From assembly GCA_043228905.1 (NCBI GenBank), contig JBHGNT010000016.1:12462001-12526000 (forward strand): a stretch of DNA of 64,000 nucleotides, given 5' to 3'. Below, in pieces: positions 37,713-50,684 of the stretch (position 1 is the stretch's first letter; every line of letters begins with the position of its first letter). The position numbers were made by a program, and so were the translations under genes. The DNA comes from Azolla caroliniana. Its lineage: Eukaryota > Plantae > Polypodiophyta. Under the pieces are notes generated by a model. It searched no databases, was not told where the DNA came from, and worked only from the letters and a program-made list of their open reading frames with translations.

Positions 37713-40700
37713 CTACAAATTCCATGGCATACTGGTGTAAATACATTCAATGTACACATTAGCACTAACTGCATATAAACCTGAGCAACTATTGTATTCC
37801 GACATTGGGACATTGATGCACCTAACCAAATGAGAGTACATGTACGCCACTGGTTTGTCTTCTAATAGCCTATACACATAATCATAATCATCTAGTCTTG
37901 CATAAAAAATACCTTCGATGTAGAATGTCCCGGTAGATACAACATTTCCCCAAGCATCTAATATATTCTGCATTGCACACTATTTACTAACTGCGCACTT
38001 CAATATATAGAAATGAGCACCCTCTTAATTGCCTTCTTTTGCATTTACAGCAAAATTATCCCCAATATTTAAGACATCGCTCAAAGTATCTCCATGTCCT
38101 TTATATGTGAAATCAACATTCTTTTCGGTTTGTCCATCAACTGCTTCCTTAACGTTCAATCTATGATACTCCCAATTTTGAATATATGCAAACAATGGAA
38201 GCAAAAACAAGTTAATTCTCTAACCGCAATACAATGACCATCCAACCTAGAATAACCGCAAACAACATGGAGAGATCGCAATTCGGGAATTCCTTAGGAC
38301 TCCTAGGTCTTCTCCCTATTTACTTCATCTATCGTCACTTCCCAAAATTTACGTTTGATATCTCAGACCTGCGAGGAATAAACACCAGTTGCACTCGTTG
38401 ACATATTAGCTCTTAAACATTCAACTACATGTGCTGCACAATTCATCTGCACACCATCTACCTTTACTTGTTCATGGGTAAGTGCTTGCTTTCTAACAGC
38501 ACCTGCACCATCATGTTCACCTTTAGTATGGCCAAACCCAAAAAAAATTCATCTCATCTGCAAAGTTGTTATAGCAGGATACCTCCCCACTCAATAAAAT
38601 GGATGTCTAGCCTTGATTTGTCATGCAGCTACGTTAGACCAAACCCAATGTTGAGTAAGCTCCAAATGTTTAGCTAATAACCATTGCCAATGTAAGTTAA
38701 AACAATGTGGACAAACAAGGTATCATGCTTCTTATCATCAGAAATAAAAAAATGAATTACTTTTTTTAACATCACCTGAAACTCGAAAATATGTTATGTG
38801 CACAAAAATGGTTACTTGCGTTGAACACCAACACATAGATTGAATTTCATTCTACTGCTTGAAAGTATAATTCTCTGCAAAATCTACTACTGAGATTACT
38901 ACATCATTTGGAAAATCATATATGCAAGTCTTAAACTGATTGGGTTGCCATGAATAAATGAAGTTGTGTTTAATGAGCTTTCCTAGAGATACTGTAACAA
39001 ATAGAGATGCCAAATCCCTTGATTTAACCGACTTCCTAACTAGATCCTTCGAAATTGGTGTCAACTGACTCAAATAACTTGACAGAGATTAATATTTCAC
39101 TACTCAATTCATTTGGACACCACCTAAATCTACTAGGGCCACAATCTTGACATAAACCCATGACACATTTATGACTATGGAAGATAGCCTCAGTTTCTCT
39201 CGGACACAATATTGAATCTAAAAGACAACTCATGGAAGAGATAACATGCTCAGATGATTTACAATGCTCTTGCGGGCTCGATCGACAAATTGGGCACTGA
39301 AAACTGTAAACTGCATTAGTTAGGGAGGCGCTATAGTGACGTAGTAGATTAACAGAGTCCTTGAGAAAACCCATTTGTACATGGTAAATGCAACAACATG
39401 TGTATTGATTCTTTAAGCATCTCACAAAGTGTGGCTTAAGAGACTCGAATGTTCGTAGTTGAACTTTGATATTTGGGTGCATTCACTTGACCCTAATAAA
39501 TAAATCAACCTGCGTAATAAAATGGTCATACTAATTAGTTATGCTCCAAACCTGTTATAGCAGCTAATAAGCTATTCTGGTAGTTAATTAGCTACCCTAG
39601 TAGCTAATTAGCTAGTAATAACTAAATTAGCTATTGGGAATAGCTAGTTAGCTAATCTGGTAGCTAATTAGCTATAGTCATAGGCAGCTAATTAGCTATT
39701 CTGGTAGCTAAATAGCTATGATTGGTAGCTAATTAGCTATTCTGGTTACTAATTAGCTATCCTAGTAGCTAAATAGAATAACTAATTAGCTATTGGGAAT
39801 AGTTAGTTAGTTATTCTAGTAACTAATTAGCTATAACGATAGGCAAGTAATTAGCTATTATGGTAGCTAATTAGCTATCCTAGCAACTAATTAGCTGGTA
39901 ATAGCTAAATTAGCTATTGCGAATAGCTAGTTAGCTATAGTCATATGCAGCTAATTAGCTAGTTAGCTATTTTAGTAGCTAATTAGTTAGTCATACACAG
40001 CTAATTAGCTATTCTTTTAGCTAAATAGCTATGCTCATATTCTTAGGTAGCTAATTAGCTAATCTGGTAGCTAAATAGCTATAGTCAAAGGTAGCTAATT
40101 AGCTATTCTAGTAGCTAATTAGTTGTGAGTGCTGGCTAATTAGCTATCCTAGTAGCTAATTAGCTGGTAATAACTAAACTAACTATTAGGAATAGCTTAG
40201 TTAGCTATTCTTGTAGCTAATTAGCTATAGTCATACACAATTTCTTAGCTATTCTGGTAGCTAAATAGCTATGCTCATATTCTTAGGTAACTAATTCGCT
40301 ATTCTAGTAGGGGATTAACTATTATGGTAACTAATTAGGTATAATCATAAGCAACTAATTAGCTATAATCATAAGCAACTAATTAGCTAGTACGGTAGCT
40401 AATTAGCTATTGTCATAGGTAGCTAATTAGCTATTGTGGTAGCTAAATGGCTATGATTGGTAGCTAATTAGTTATTCTGGTAGCTAAATAGCTATGTTTG
40501 ATATGCTTAGGTAGCTAATTAACTATTCTAGTAGCTAATTAGTTGGTAATAGCTAAATTAGCTATTGGCAATCACTATTAAGCTATTACTAGTAGCTAGT
40601 TAGTTATGGTCATATTCTGAGGTAGCTAATTAGCTATTCTGCTAGCTAATTAGCTATTACTGGTAGCTCGTTAGCTATGGTCATATGTTCTGAGGGAGCT

Positions 40701-41527
40701 AATTAGCTATTCTGGTAGCTAATTAGCTATTACTGGTAGCTAGTTAGCTATGGTCATATTCTGAGGTAGGTAATTAGCTATTCTGGTATGGTCATATTCG
40801 GAGGTAGCTAATAAGCTAACTAACTAAGCTCAAAAGTCAAAATAAATGTTGAGATAAATGTAAATACCTTAGGTACATCAAGAAGATGAATGGGATGCTC
40901 CTTGTATTGACTCCTTCGAACACGTTTCCTGCATAAATCCTTCTTATTGGGTGAAACCCTACTCCCATTAGTCCAAAATATTGTGATTATATCCTTGATT
41001 TCGGATGTTATGGGTCTCATTAGCTTACATCTTGTTGTTAGCTTTAGCAGACTAGTTCCTTCACCCGAGGCAACTAATGTATTGTACACACTTTTTCTAC
41101 TAACATAAATTACCTTAGATAGCACATTGATGTTAATATCGTCAACATCACTATTAAGTAACATCATTAGACTAGACCTTTTTAAGACAAGATCATCTTT
41201 TGACCTACTCATGGATACGAAACTACTACGGAGTTTATTTACTAGTACAGATGTTATGTTTGCATTAAGAGCATCACAATCAACTAACTCCTTTCTCGAT
41301 GGATCATTTAATATTCCATAAAGTACTACCTTCTTTTCTTCATTGCTGATGTGCTTGGTTTGAACATTGAAATAGTCTACAACCTTTTTCTCTATGATAG
41401 TAATCTCATTACTTCCATTCTCAGTGATATTTAGACCTATATCGCAACCAATACTATCTTTACCTTTAGTGAGTGTGGCTTTCGTATCCTTCAACAATTG
41501 ACAATATTTGCTTTTTTTTCTGCCCAA
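37713..41527 (-). pseudogene. Decayed Sola2-like transposase gene
   Basis: CCCIYH and Cys-rich region, VVDFAENYTF, and FGFGHTKGEHDGAGAVRK (read on the minus strand at ~38490-38543), resembling the DF(S/A)ENY and HGKGxxDGxG motifs; many stops. Confidence 0.65.
39528..40830. repeat. Second TAGCTAATTAGCTA satellite, inside a predicted transposase intron
   Basis: Same palindrome. Minus-strand donor AAG|gtattt ~40867 and acceptor gcag|GTT ~39510. Confidence 0.9.
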
Positions 41528-44269
41528 TATTGTCTTATCGCTTGTTGTGTCCTGATAGTGTCATCCCTATCCTAATGAACATTGAGGGGTAATTCTAAAC
41601 ACACTCCTTCCCCTTCCATTTGGCTTGGCTTCCCAAAACAAGACACGTATTAAAGGATTCATTGCACAGGGCATTGGTGCTATTCGGCGAGATGGTGGAT
41701 GTGGACTAAAGGAAGTAATGTGTCTGTTTTAGGAGTGATGATGGTGGGGGGGATCGAAGCAGCTCATGAGGGGATGAGGAATTTTTTACTTATTTTGTTG
41801 TTAATTCCACAGGACATTGGTGGCATTCGGCGAGATGATGGAGGTGGATTGAATGAAGCAATTTGGATGTTTTTAGGAGTGATGATGGTGAGGGGGCCGA
41901 AGCACATCATGAAGGGAGAGTGAATAAGTTGTGGGGATCGAAGCAAATGGGGTGAGAGATGGAGATTAGTATAGTACATTTCATTTTCATGGTCTGTTTT
42001 TTTCTCCCCAACAGTTTTTACAAATGCTGGAATCACTTCAGATCTGTTTGCAACTGTTTTTGTTGGGATGGTGAATCTTCTTACTGCTCCACACCTGACA
42101 CATATGATTGGAAAGACGGAGGACATGGAATATCATGTGAAATATAAGTTTTCTATGGAGTTCTGTTCTAAGAGCCCGAATTTTTGTTTTCTGCAGCAGA
42201 TCACTGGAATCAATGCTATGTTTTATGGTTGTTTTTTTCCCAACAGTTTTTACAAATGCGAGAATCAGTTCAGATATACTGGTGGAGATGAAACAATATT
42301 ATGTACTATTTGTATACTTCCTCCGGGCTTTTTATTAATACCAATGGAGCATATGTTTTATGGTAAAAGACACGTATTAAAGATGGCTATGGGCAACAAC
42401 AATACACAAAAATATTCCACAATACACAAGATTATACACAACATAATCAATAGAAAGAATAATTATTGCAATCCAAGACCAAACAGTGGCGGTAATCCAA
42501 GGCCGAATAGTGGCAGCAATTGAGTGTATAATGGCGGCAATGGAGGAGTGAACTCCGTTTGATCGAACAGTTTTGGCAATCCAAGACCGAACAACGACGA
42601 CTACCGAGTGTAGAATGATGTCAATGGAGGAGTGAGTTCCGTCAGATCGAACAGTGGTAGATGATTGTTAGCCAGCCGGCAAGGAGAGGAGGACAGTCCA
42701 GAATATGAAAGGGCAAGAATAATCGGAAGTTGTTATTAGGATATTAAGTAATTAAGTAGATTTTAGAGAAGTGAACGGACGGACCGGTTCATATTAGTGT
42801 GCCGGTTGGCACCGTTTTGTATGCAGAACCAGGGATCTATAAAAAGGCCAGGTTACATTGTAAATGACGACAGATAATTAATAAAGCTCTAATTTCTTAT
42901 CTCTGTGTATTGATTACTGTTCTGTGCTAAGTTCTTTCTATCTTACGCGTGTATTAAGATTAAGGATATGTTGCTTAAGTAACTAATTAAGGTATGATTA
43001 ATCGTCGGTCTAACTCTGTTTCACCATAACACCCTTTGGTGAAGTGTCTTCTGTAGACACCCTATGTTAGGCTATTGTCCGGCCCTAAGGAATAACACAG
43101 TTTTTGGCGACCACGATGGGTGGAGGCCAAAGCACTACGTGACAACACCGCGGTATCCACGACAAAGTTTTTATATGAATATATCTGGTGCCGGTATGGA
43201 TGTCCGATCGAACTAATAAGCGATCAAGGTGGGCATTTCCTCAGACAAGTGGTGGAAAGCTTGACGACATTCTATGCGGTGGTGCACAAGCCAAGCACTC
43301 CGTATTATCCGCAAACCAACGGATTAGCCGAATCCACAAATAAGACACTACAAAACATCCTCCAGAAAATCGTCAATGAGAACCAGACGGATTAGGATAC
43401 AAAGCTTCACAGTGCACTCTGGGCCTACCGAACAGCATATAAGACAAGTATCCAGACAACGCCTTTCCGATTGACATTCGGATTGGAAGCGGTAATGCCG
43501 ATTGAATTCCAGGTTCCTAGTTTGCGGTTACAGGTTAGGGAACGCCTGAACGAGAAGGAGTCGGAAACCATCCGGCTAGCAGCACTATGCGAACTGGAGG
43601 AACACCGGATAGCCAGCATGATGCACATGGAACTGGAGCAACGGAGAAGGAAAGCGTTCGTCGATTGACACTGGAAAGGTAACGAAAAAAGGTTCGGGAT
43701 CGGCAAGCCAGTACTTGTATTCCAGACCCAGATGGGTAAGATGCCGAGGAAGTTACGGTTCCGGTGGACCGGACCATATTGGATCACACGGGAGTTCAAC
43801 AGTTCTTACCAGCTAGGAACACTCGCCGGCGAAGTTATGGGTAAATGGGTGAATGGGTTTCGACTCAAACCATACTATGGACCCATGCCAAGGAACCCGT
43901 TTGAGTAGACAAAGATTGACACCGCACCGGACACCGGTAAGCACGACGAGACGATAACCGGTCATGCAATCGGCAAGCACAATCTGGAGAAGGGTCCGTT
44001 TGGGCCGGATACATATTAACAAGATCGAATTAGAAAAAGCAAATTCAATCAAATCCAATCAAACCCAAACTATGCGATGACGAGGGGCGAACGGCCACAT
44101 GCAATGAAAAGGAGGGGTGAACGGGCACTTTGAAAAGCCAAGTAGTGGGCTATTTATAGCGCATTAAAACGCCGCCACGTGGCACTTCATTTCCATTATA
44201 GTACACGACGTTTGCATGCGCAAGAATCGAGAGAGGTGCGAACATGTAGAAAGAAAACCTACACCGCAT

Positions 44270-46894
44270 GGAGGCCTTCTCATTTCGTGAATAGAGAATT
44301 GCAAACGCACATAGGCGATTGAAGATAATCAGATGCGAACACCCAGAGCCCCTTAACGCACCTACCTCACCAGCAACCACTGATTTAGAAGGAGAAATGG
44401 ACTGCATGACGCTCTTTGAGGCAGCCAAGAAGTGGTTAAAGCAACACAGATTGGAAGGATTCTTGAGGATCATAGAGGCACCACCACACAAAGAGGTGGA
44501 AAGGGTTGTCAAACCCATCGACCAAGAAGTAATCATAGAGGAGGCCATCCATGCCTTGATAGGCCTACTCGAGGGCGACATCTTTATCGTCGACAACCCT
44601 ACCCCGGAGCAGCTCACGAAATACTTTGGTGAGTATTCTTTGGCTAGCAAGGCATATCGCACACATAACGGCGAGGATGGCTTATTTTGATAGATTGTTC
44701 GTGTACTGCACGAGTATGGCCATGTGTACCCTCGACCCCCAACAATGCGTAGGAACAGAGCCGGGTTAATTATCGCCACATATGAAGGTCTACAGGTGGA
44801 TTGGTCGGTGTTGATCGCCGACGGACTGCGCGCGGCCATCGACTCGGTAAGAGGGAAGGATGGAAGGAAAATATGGTTGGCGATGGCACAATGGCTCACA
44901 TTGTTAGCAGCACTAGTGGAGCGCAACATGGCAAAGAAGCGGGGAAGATCAGCCGAAGGAACCTCCAAACCAGCTTCAAAACGGGAGCAGCTATTGGCTA
45001 CTAAGGCAACCAAGGGGAAGGAGGCTGACATAGAGAAAATGGCGAACAAGCGGCCTAACCAGGCGGCGACGCAGGAGGCAACATCGGCACAACCAATAAA
45101 AATTACATTTCGCCGACTGGGTCCACAGGAGCTAGATCCCTTGGCCATGAAAATCAATCTTGGGACTCAGGTGGAGGAAACCGCAGCGGAGCCCAGTGAG
45201 CACCTCCAGCCATGCCAGAAGAAGAGCACTGCAGACCATGTCGGGCAACAATCGGGTCCAGAAAAGGATAGGACGCCGATACGCCGCACTGAGGGCCCAG
45301 AGCCAAAGGTGGAAGCGGAACCGGCTCAAACAAACACAACAATGGCTGTGGTGGATCGGTGAGCAAATAGCTGGAGTGGTCCATTATATGGAGGTAGAGG
45401 AGAAAGCACAAGTGGACCGGTTGCTAGCCACAACCGGAGAACTAGAGAAGGCTCGGTCAAGGATCCGGAGCTTGGAACGAGAAGTGGAAATAGCCAAGGA
45501 AGAATTGACTAAGAAGGTCATCATAGGACCCCAGAAACAAGAACCGGTGGCTCTGGTACATGTACAGAATAATGAAACACCGGAAACTGTACATAATAAT
45601 ACGACCCCGGTGCCCGGAACAAACCCAAATATAATTACAGCGCAAGCGCAAGAGCTTGCCGTTCTCAAAGAAGACCTGGCCGCATAGGAAGCATTACGGG
45701 CCAAGGAAAGAGAATTAAAAATGGCGGTGGAGGAGGAACAACGGAAGACTGCTGACAATCTCCGACGAGCATAAGAAAGTCTGCGGAAGGGACAACAAGC
45801 CTATGACCGGCTTAAGGAAGAGAAAGAAAAACTGTTGCAAGAGAAGGAAGGATAAACTCCGAAGGATGGCGGAAATGGAGATCGAGAGACTCAAAGAAGA
45901 GCTTCGGCAGCAAAAGGATAGGGAAGACCGAGCTCGTCGCCAGATCAATCAGAAGCTGAAGTAGAAATCAGAAGAGTTTGACTGCCTGCACCGGGATTAT
46001 AAACATGTTGAGTTGGAATACAAGAATCTCATCACTGATAGTGATCGGCAGCAAGAGAGGATTTTCGAGCTCCGGAATGAAGTGCAACGAGCGGAGACGG
46101 CACTAGCGGAAGAACAGGCTGAGAAGGAAACCATACGAGCTGAAGTGGCGAAGGAATGCATGGAACTCCAGATGCAACATCAGGGGGAAACGAAACGCGC
46201 TACCATGGTCTTACAAAGAGTGCAAACAACGTATCAGAATCAATTGGTGCACTACAACGACCAGGAGGTGGTGACGACGAACCTGATCAAACAGTTGAAA
46301 GATGATTGGCAAGCCGCTAAAGACAAATCAAAGATGGGGCTGGAGCGGATCTGGTGCATTGTACATGCATGGAAGTATCGAACAAAGCATTTAATTGAAA
46401 ATAGCTCAGTATTATGGTGGTTAAAATGGGCGAAGCATGCTGCCGAGCTACACTTGCTGAGGGCGGACGCGGAAAACCGGCAAAAAGAAGGCGATGAGTT
46501 CTATAAGCTGGAAAAGGAAGACTTTCCTGCTGTGAAAGATGAATTGGTGGAGGACTTCATAGCGTTGGTTGATGAACAGATAATGATGGTCCGGCAACTA
46601 GTGGCACAATTGGACGATGATCGGCTGGATAACCAAATCCAGTTTGAAAGTTACGAAAAGGAGAGGCTACGGCAAGAGGCGACGAAGAGCACGACAACAA
46701 TCAATCTCAGTGATGAAGAGCCATTGTCGGAGCAAGGGACGGACAAAGCCAAAGCAGGGACAAGCCAACCGGATGTAACTCAGGAGGAGCAACCAAGGGA
46801 GGAAGCGCCACAACAACCACCAGCACCAAGAGCGGCACAACAGCCATTGGAGGAGCAATGCCTAGAAGAGCCGGAGACCGCGCAACAGGAATAA
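44270..46894 (+). pseudogene. Extra ORF downstream of integrase, coiled-coil rich, function unknown
   Basis: Consecutive sense ORFs 44319, 44724, 45160 and 46013, rich in E/K/Q, separated by stops or frameshifts. Confidence 0.55.
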
Positions 46895-46899
46895 CAATG

Positions 46900-47720
46900 A
46901 TGCTTGGAATGCATAGTGACGACAACTGAGAGTAGAATGACAACAGTGGAGGAGGAATGAGCTCCCTTGGATCGAAAAGTGGCAGCAATACACGACCGAA
47001 TAGTAGTGGCAACTCAGTGTAGAATGATGGCAGTGGATGAGTGAACTCCGTCAAATCGAAAAGTGGCAGCAATCCAGGACCGAACATTAGCGGCAACTGA
47101 GTGTAGATTGATGGCAATGGAGGAGTGAACATCGTCAGAACAAACAGTGGCAGATGATGCTTGGCGCGCATAGTGACGGTAATTGAGAGTAGAATGGTGG
47201 AAGTGGAGAAGGAGTTAACACCGTCGGATCAAAAAGTGAAAGAAATATACGACCGAACAGTAGTGGCAACCAAGTGTAGAATGATGGCAATGGATGAGTG
47301 ACCTTCGTCAAATTGAGAAGTAGCAACAATACAGGACCGAACAGTAGCGGCAACTGAGTGTAGAATGATGGCAATGGAGGAGTGAACTCTGTCAGATCGA
47401 ATAGTGGCAGATGATTCCTGGAAAGCACAGTGACGGAAACTGTGAGTAGAATGGCGGCAGTGCAGAAGGAGTTAACTCCGTCGGATCGGAAAGTGGCAGC
47501 AATATACGACCTTCATAGTAGCGACAATTGAGTGTAGAGTGGCGTCAATGGAGGAGTGAACTTGGTAGATGATGCTTGGACTGAACAGTGGTGGAATTTG
47601 AGTGTAGAATGGCGGCAATGGAGGAGTGAACTTCATTGGATCGAACAGTGGCAGATGATAATTGGACCGCACAATGGCGGTAACTGAGTGGAGAATGGTG
47701 GCAATGGAGGAGTGGACTCA
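46900..47720. repeat. ~80-bp degenerate tandem repeat (also 42470-42665)
   Basis: Unit like cagtggcggcaactgagtgtagaatggcggcaatggaggagtgaactccgtcggatcgaa, about 10 copies. Confidence 0.85.
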
Positions 47721-48269
47721 ATAGGGTTTAGCAACAATGGTATTAATCTAAGCCAGAATAGTCAACCAGAGATGGCCCATGTGATGTGGGAAAGGATCAT
47801 GCATAATGGACCTAGGAATTCGGTATATAATTTATAGTGCACATATCAATTTATGTTGTACGTTTATGTTGCACATTTATGGTGCTCATTTATATAATTA
47901 AAAATCTCTACTATTTTCAATGGTAGCTTTTTGCAAAAACGACTATTTATGAATGGTAGCTTTTTGCATAGCTAATTAGCTATGTCAAGCTAATTATTTC
48001 TACTCGCATGCTTTCGCCCAGTATCGATTCTGCCAGTCGTAAACTACTCAGGTTACTGCCTTCTTCGGTATATTGTTGGTTCTGCAACTGGAGTGACTCC
48101 TCCGCGACCTGCCAAATCGTTCTAGGAGAAGAACAATCCTGTTGGATCTCCTCGACTGCCTATTGGTAGGCCTCCCTCCTCCACAGTCTTCTCACTCGTT
48201 CGGCGACCGAATCATTTGTCGGTCTAGTCATCCATTCCCCAATGTTCACTACGCTTTACAAGAATCGTG

Positions 48270-48745
48270 GTCGTCAAAATTGTGTTAATCTTGGGCTGGA
48301 CTAGCCACTAACATAGGGTGTCCATCCGGATCACTTCACCAAAGGGGTGGTTACGGGGTTAATGCTTCTGACACAATTATAACTTTATCCGATTGATTCC
48401 GGATCGGTTTTGGATTAACAACATACATGAATTCATTACACGCGTAAGATAAGATAGTAAGCACAGAACGGAAAGTAATTGGATACACAATAATCTTAAA
48501 GAAAACTTTACTTATATGAATTCCATCCCTTAGTACATTGTTCTTCGGATCCTTTTATAGGCATCCGGTTCTGTTTACAAAATGGTGCCATATCTGCAAC
48601 CGATTACGAATCGGTCCGAATCCGGATTGGTGCAACTCTTCTGTATCCGCTCGTTCCTATTTTAATAATAACTAATACTAATAACTCAAATTCCACTTCC
48701 AACTCGTCCCCCACTTGTCTTTCATACTCCGGCCACCGGCCAACA
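48270..48745 (-). repeat. LTR-like sequence, reverse-oriented relative of the 42730-43099 LTR
   Basis: catagggtgtc..cacttcaccaaaggg is the reverse complement of ccctttggtgaagtg..gacaccctatg at 43032-43067. Boundaries are approximate. Confidence 0.6.
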
Positions 48746-48759
48746 ATACTAGTGGCGTA

Positions 48760-49796
48760 GAATGTATCGTGACGTGCATCACTTTGTGACCTCACGCGAA
48801 AGCTGTCAGAAACATTCTGGAATCCTGCACCAAGATGAGTTGCACCCGACCTACCCACCAGCCATACACTTCAAGTGGATGGTCAATTTGGTAACGATGC
48901 CGATGGGGGTAGGACAAATGCGGTACCTAGTGCTTACGAGAGAAGACCTGACGAATCAAGTGGAGGTTTGAGCGTTGACCAACAGACGATTGCAACCATA
49001 TGCCGATTTTTTATCGAAGCTGTGATTTGCCGGTACGGGTGTGTTGGGGAGATCGTGGCTGAACGTGGGGATCTAGACGTGCAAGAAGTCAAGGACCTAT
49101 TCGACCAACTAGGGGTTAAGCTTTCGCTCATGATGGCTTACAATTCAGAGGCAAACAAGAAGGTCGAGAGGGGGCACGGTCCGATTGTCAAAGCGCTAGT
49201 ATGAACGTGCGATAGACAGGTCAGGAGCTGGTCGCGACTCCTACCCTACGTGCTATGGGCCGACCGAACTACGCACAATTCAGTAACCCGGTACATGCTC
49301 GAAAAAATTATGTTCGGGCAAAAGCCGATTATGTTGGTAGAGCAGACAATCTCATCATGGATGGCAGTCAATTGGACAAAGGAGATGAGCCGAGAGGAGT
49401 TGTTGGCGGCGCGGATCCGACAGCTCAAACGGAGGCCTGGAGATGTTGAGCAATAAAGGGCCGGTTTAACCAGAAACACCGACTTCGACCGAAGAAGAGA
49501 AAGGTGATTGGGTGTTGGTCTCCAATAGCAGCCTCGATAATCAGCACCGGTCGATCCGGAAGTTTGCAAGGCGATGGTTCGAGCGTTACGTGATGACGAG
49601 CGTGAACGACAATGTGACCTACCATCTTGTGGAGCTCGACGGGACGAGGATAGCAACACTGGTTGCCGAGAAATGGATAAAGGCTATCACAAAGAGGTGC
49701 GAGCTGGAACTAGAATCAGAGATGGGAGAAGGCGGGAGCGACAATGAGGAGTCGGACGAAGATCAGATCAGCGATGGTTCAGGAGAGGACGAGTAA
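48760..49796 (+). pseudogene. Gypsy integrase fragment of the 13162-50680 element
   Basis: MYRDVHHFVTSRESCQKH, CRYGCVGEIV, YNSEANKKVERGH. Confidence 0.8.
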
Positions 49797-49868
49797 AAGC
49801 TGAATCTGAATCCCCACCGTTACATTCCTTGGCACATGCTAGAGGATGTGTTGTTTGGTTGGGGTGGA

Positions 49869-50680
49869 TGTCATGATGGATTCCGGCTACAAGCAGAAAG
49901 GAGGTTGGATGCGCATGAATGAGGGTGTGTGAGGATGCACACTGAAATGTACAAGCACATGTAGATAACATAGAACCAATAAGTACTAGGTAGTAGGTTT
50001 TAATGGGTACTTTAAGTCCCACACGCATAGAGAATAAGAATAATATACGGTGGATTAAATCGAGGGAAATCTCTACCCGAAAACAGATAGCTTTATGGTG
50101 ATGTAACGGCCTCTGCTTGCTCTATAAAAGGGGAGGTTTGAGACTGTTTGAGGGATCCATGATTTGCGAAGATGAAGTGTTGTAGGTTTGAGTGCCGAGC
50201 TCTCTCTCCTCTCTCTGTCTGTCTTGTAAGGTGTACTGATTCGAGGAGGACGTTAAAGCCTCTATCCGCATTGGAAGACGTGCACTCCTGACCAGAGGTT
50301 CATCATTATGTTTTGTGTGGGGGTGTGTGCAGCTCGCAGCTTTGTCGCCGGCTGAGCCCAGTTGTAATCTCTTCTTCTCTGATAATCATTAGTGTTTTCA
50401 CCGAGTCTTTCTTTGTGTACGGGCATTACCATGTTGTTCCTTCTTGTTTCGGATGTGTGCGGGTCCGTGTCTGCATGCCAATGGGCTTATCGTTGTTGTC
50501 TAGAATCCTGCCCGGAATAGGTCACTTCTTTAGTCCTGTGTGCTAACCAACCGGTATCCGGGAATCGTTCCGGATCTGGCATGCCTCTGGAAGCCGATCC
50601 GGACTCCGACCCGATCCTTCCTACTCCCACAGGCTCCTTGGTCCGAGACCCATGTGATCTCGCCCCGGAATACCGCGACA
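49869..50680 (+). repeat. 3' LTR of the old gypsy element
   Basis: PPT ggttggggtgga precedes TGTCA; ends cgcgaca; collinear with 13162-13995. Confidence 0.85.
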
Positions 50681-50684
50681 ACAC

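Larger units (their letters stand above)
42470..47720 (+). mobile_element. Gypsy derivative: repeats, LTR (~42730-43099), PBS, integrase fragment, extra coiled-coil ORF, tandem repeats
   Basis: PBS-like tggcgaccac at ~43106, integrase 43120-43907 (close to 23189..23647), decayed ORFs 44319-46894. Confidence 0.7.
13162..50680 (+). mobile_element. Old Ty3/gypsy element whose interior now holds the nested insertions
   Basis: Similar LTRs at 13162-13995 and 49869-50680 (tgtc..gatggattcc ... cgcgaca). tRNA-Trp-like PBS tggtgaac at ~14000, gag 14100-15297, continuation 22937-23140, integrase 48760-49796, PPT before 49869. Confidence 0.8.

Noticed and set aside
44150-45157. 335-aa minus-strand ORF
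   Set aside because: Antisense to the retroelement extra ORF, with no recognisable motifs.
46900-47720. CRISPR-like regular repeats
   Set aside because: Whole units are degenerate tandem copies with no unique spacers and no cas genes; the context is a eukaryotic retroelement.
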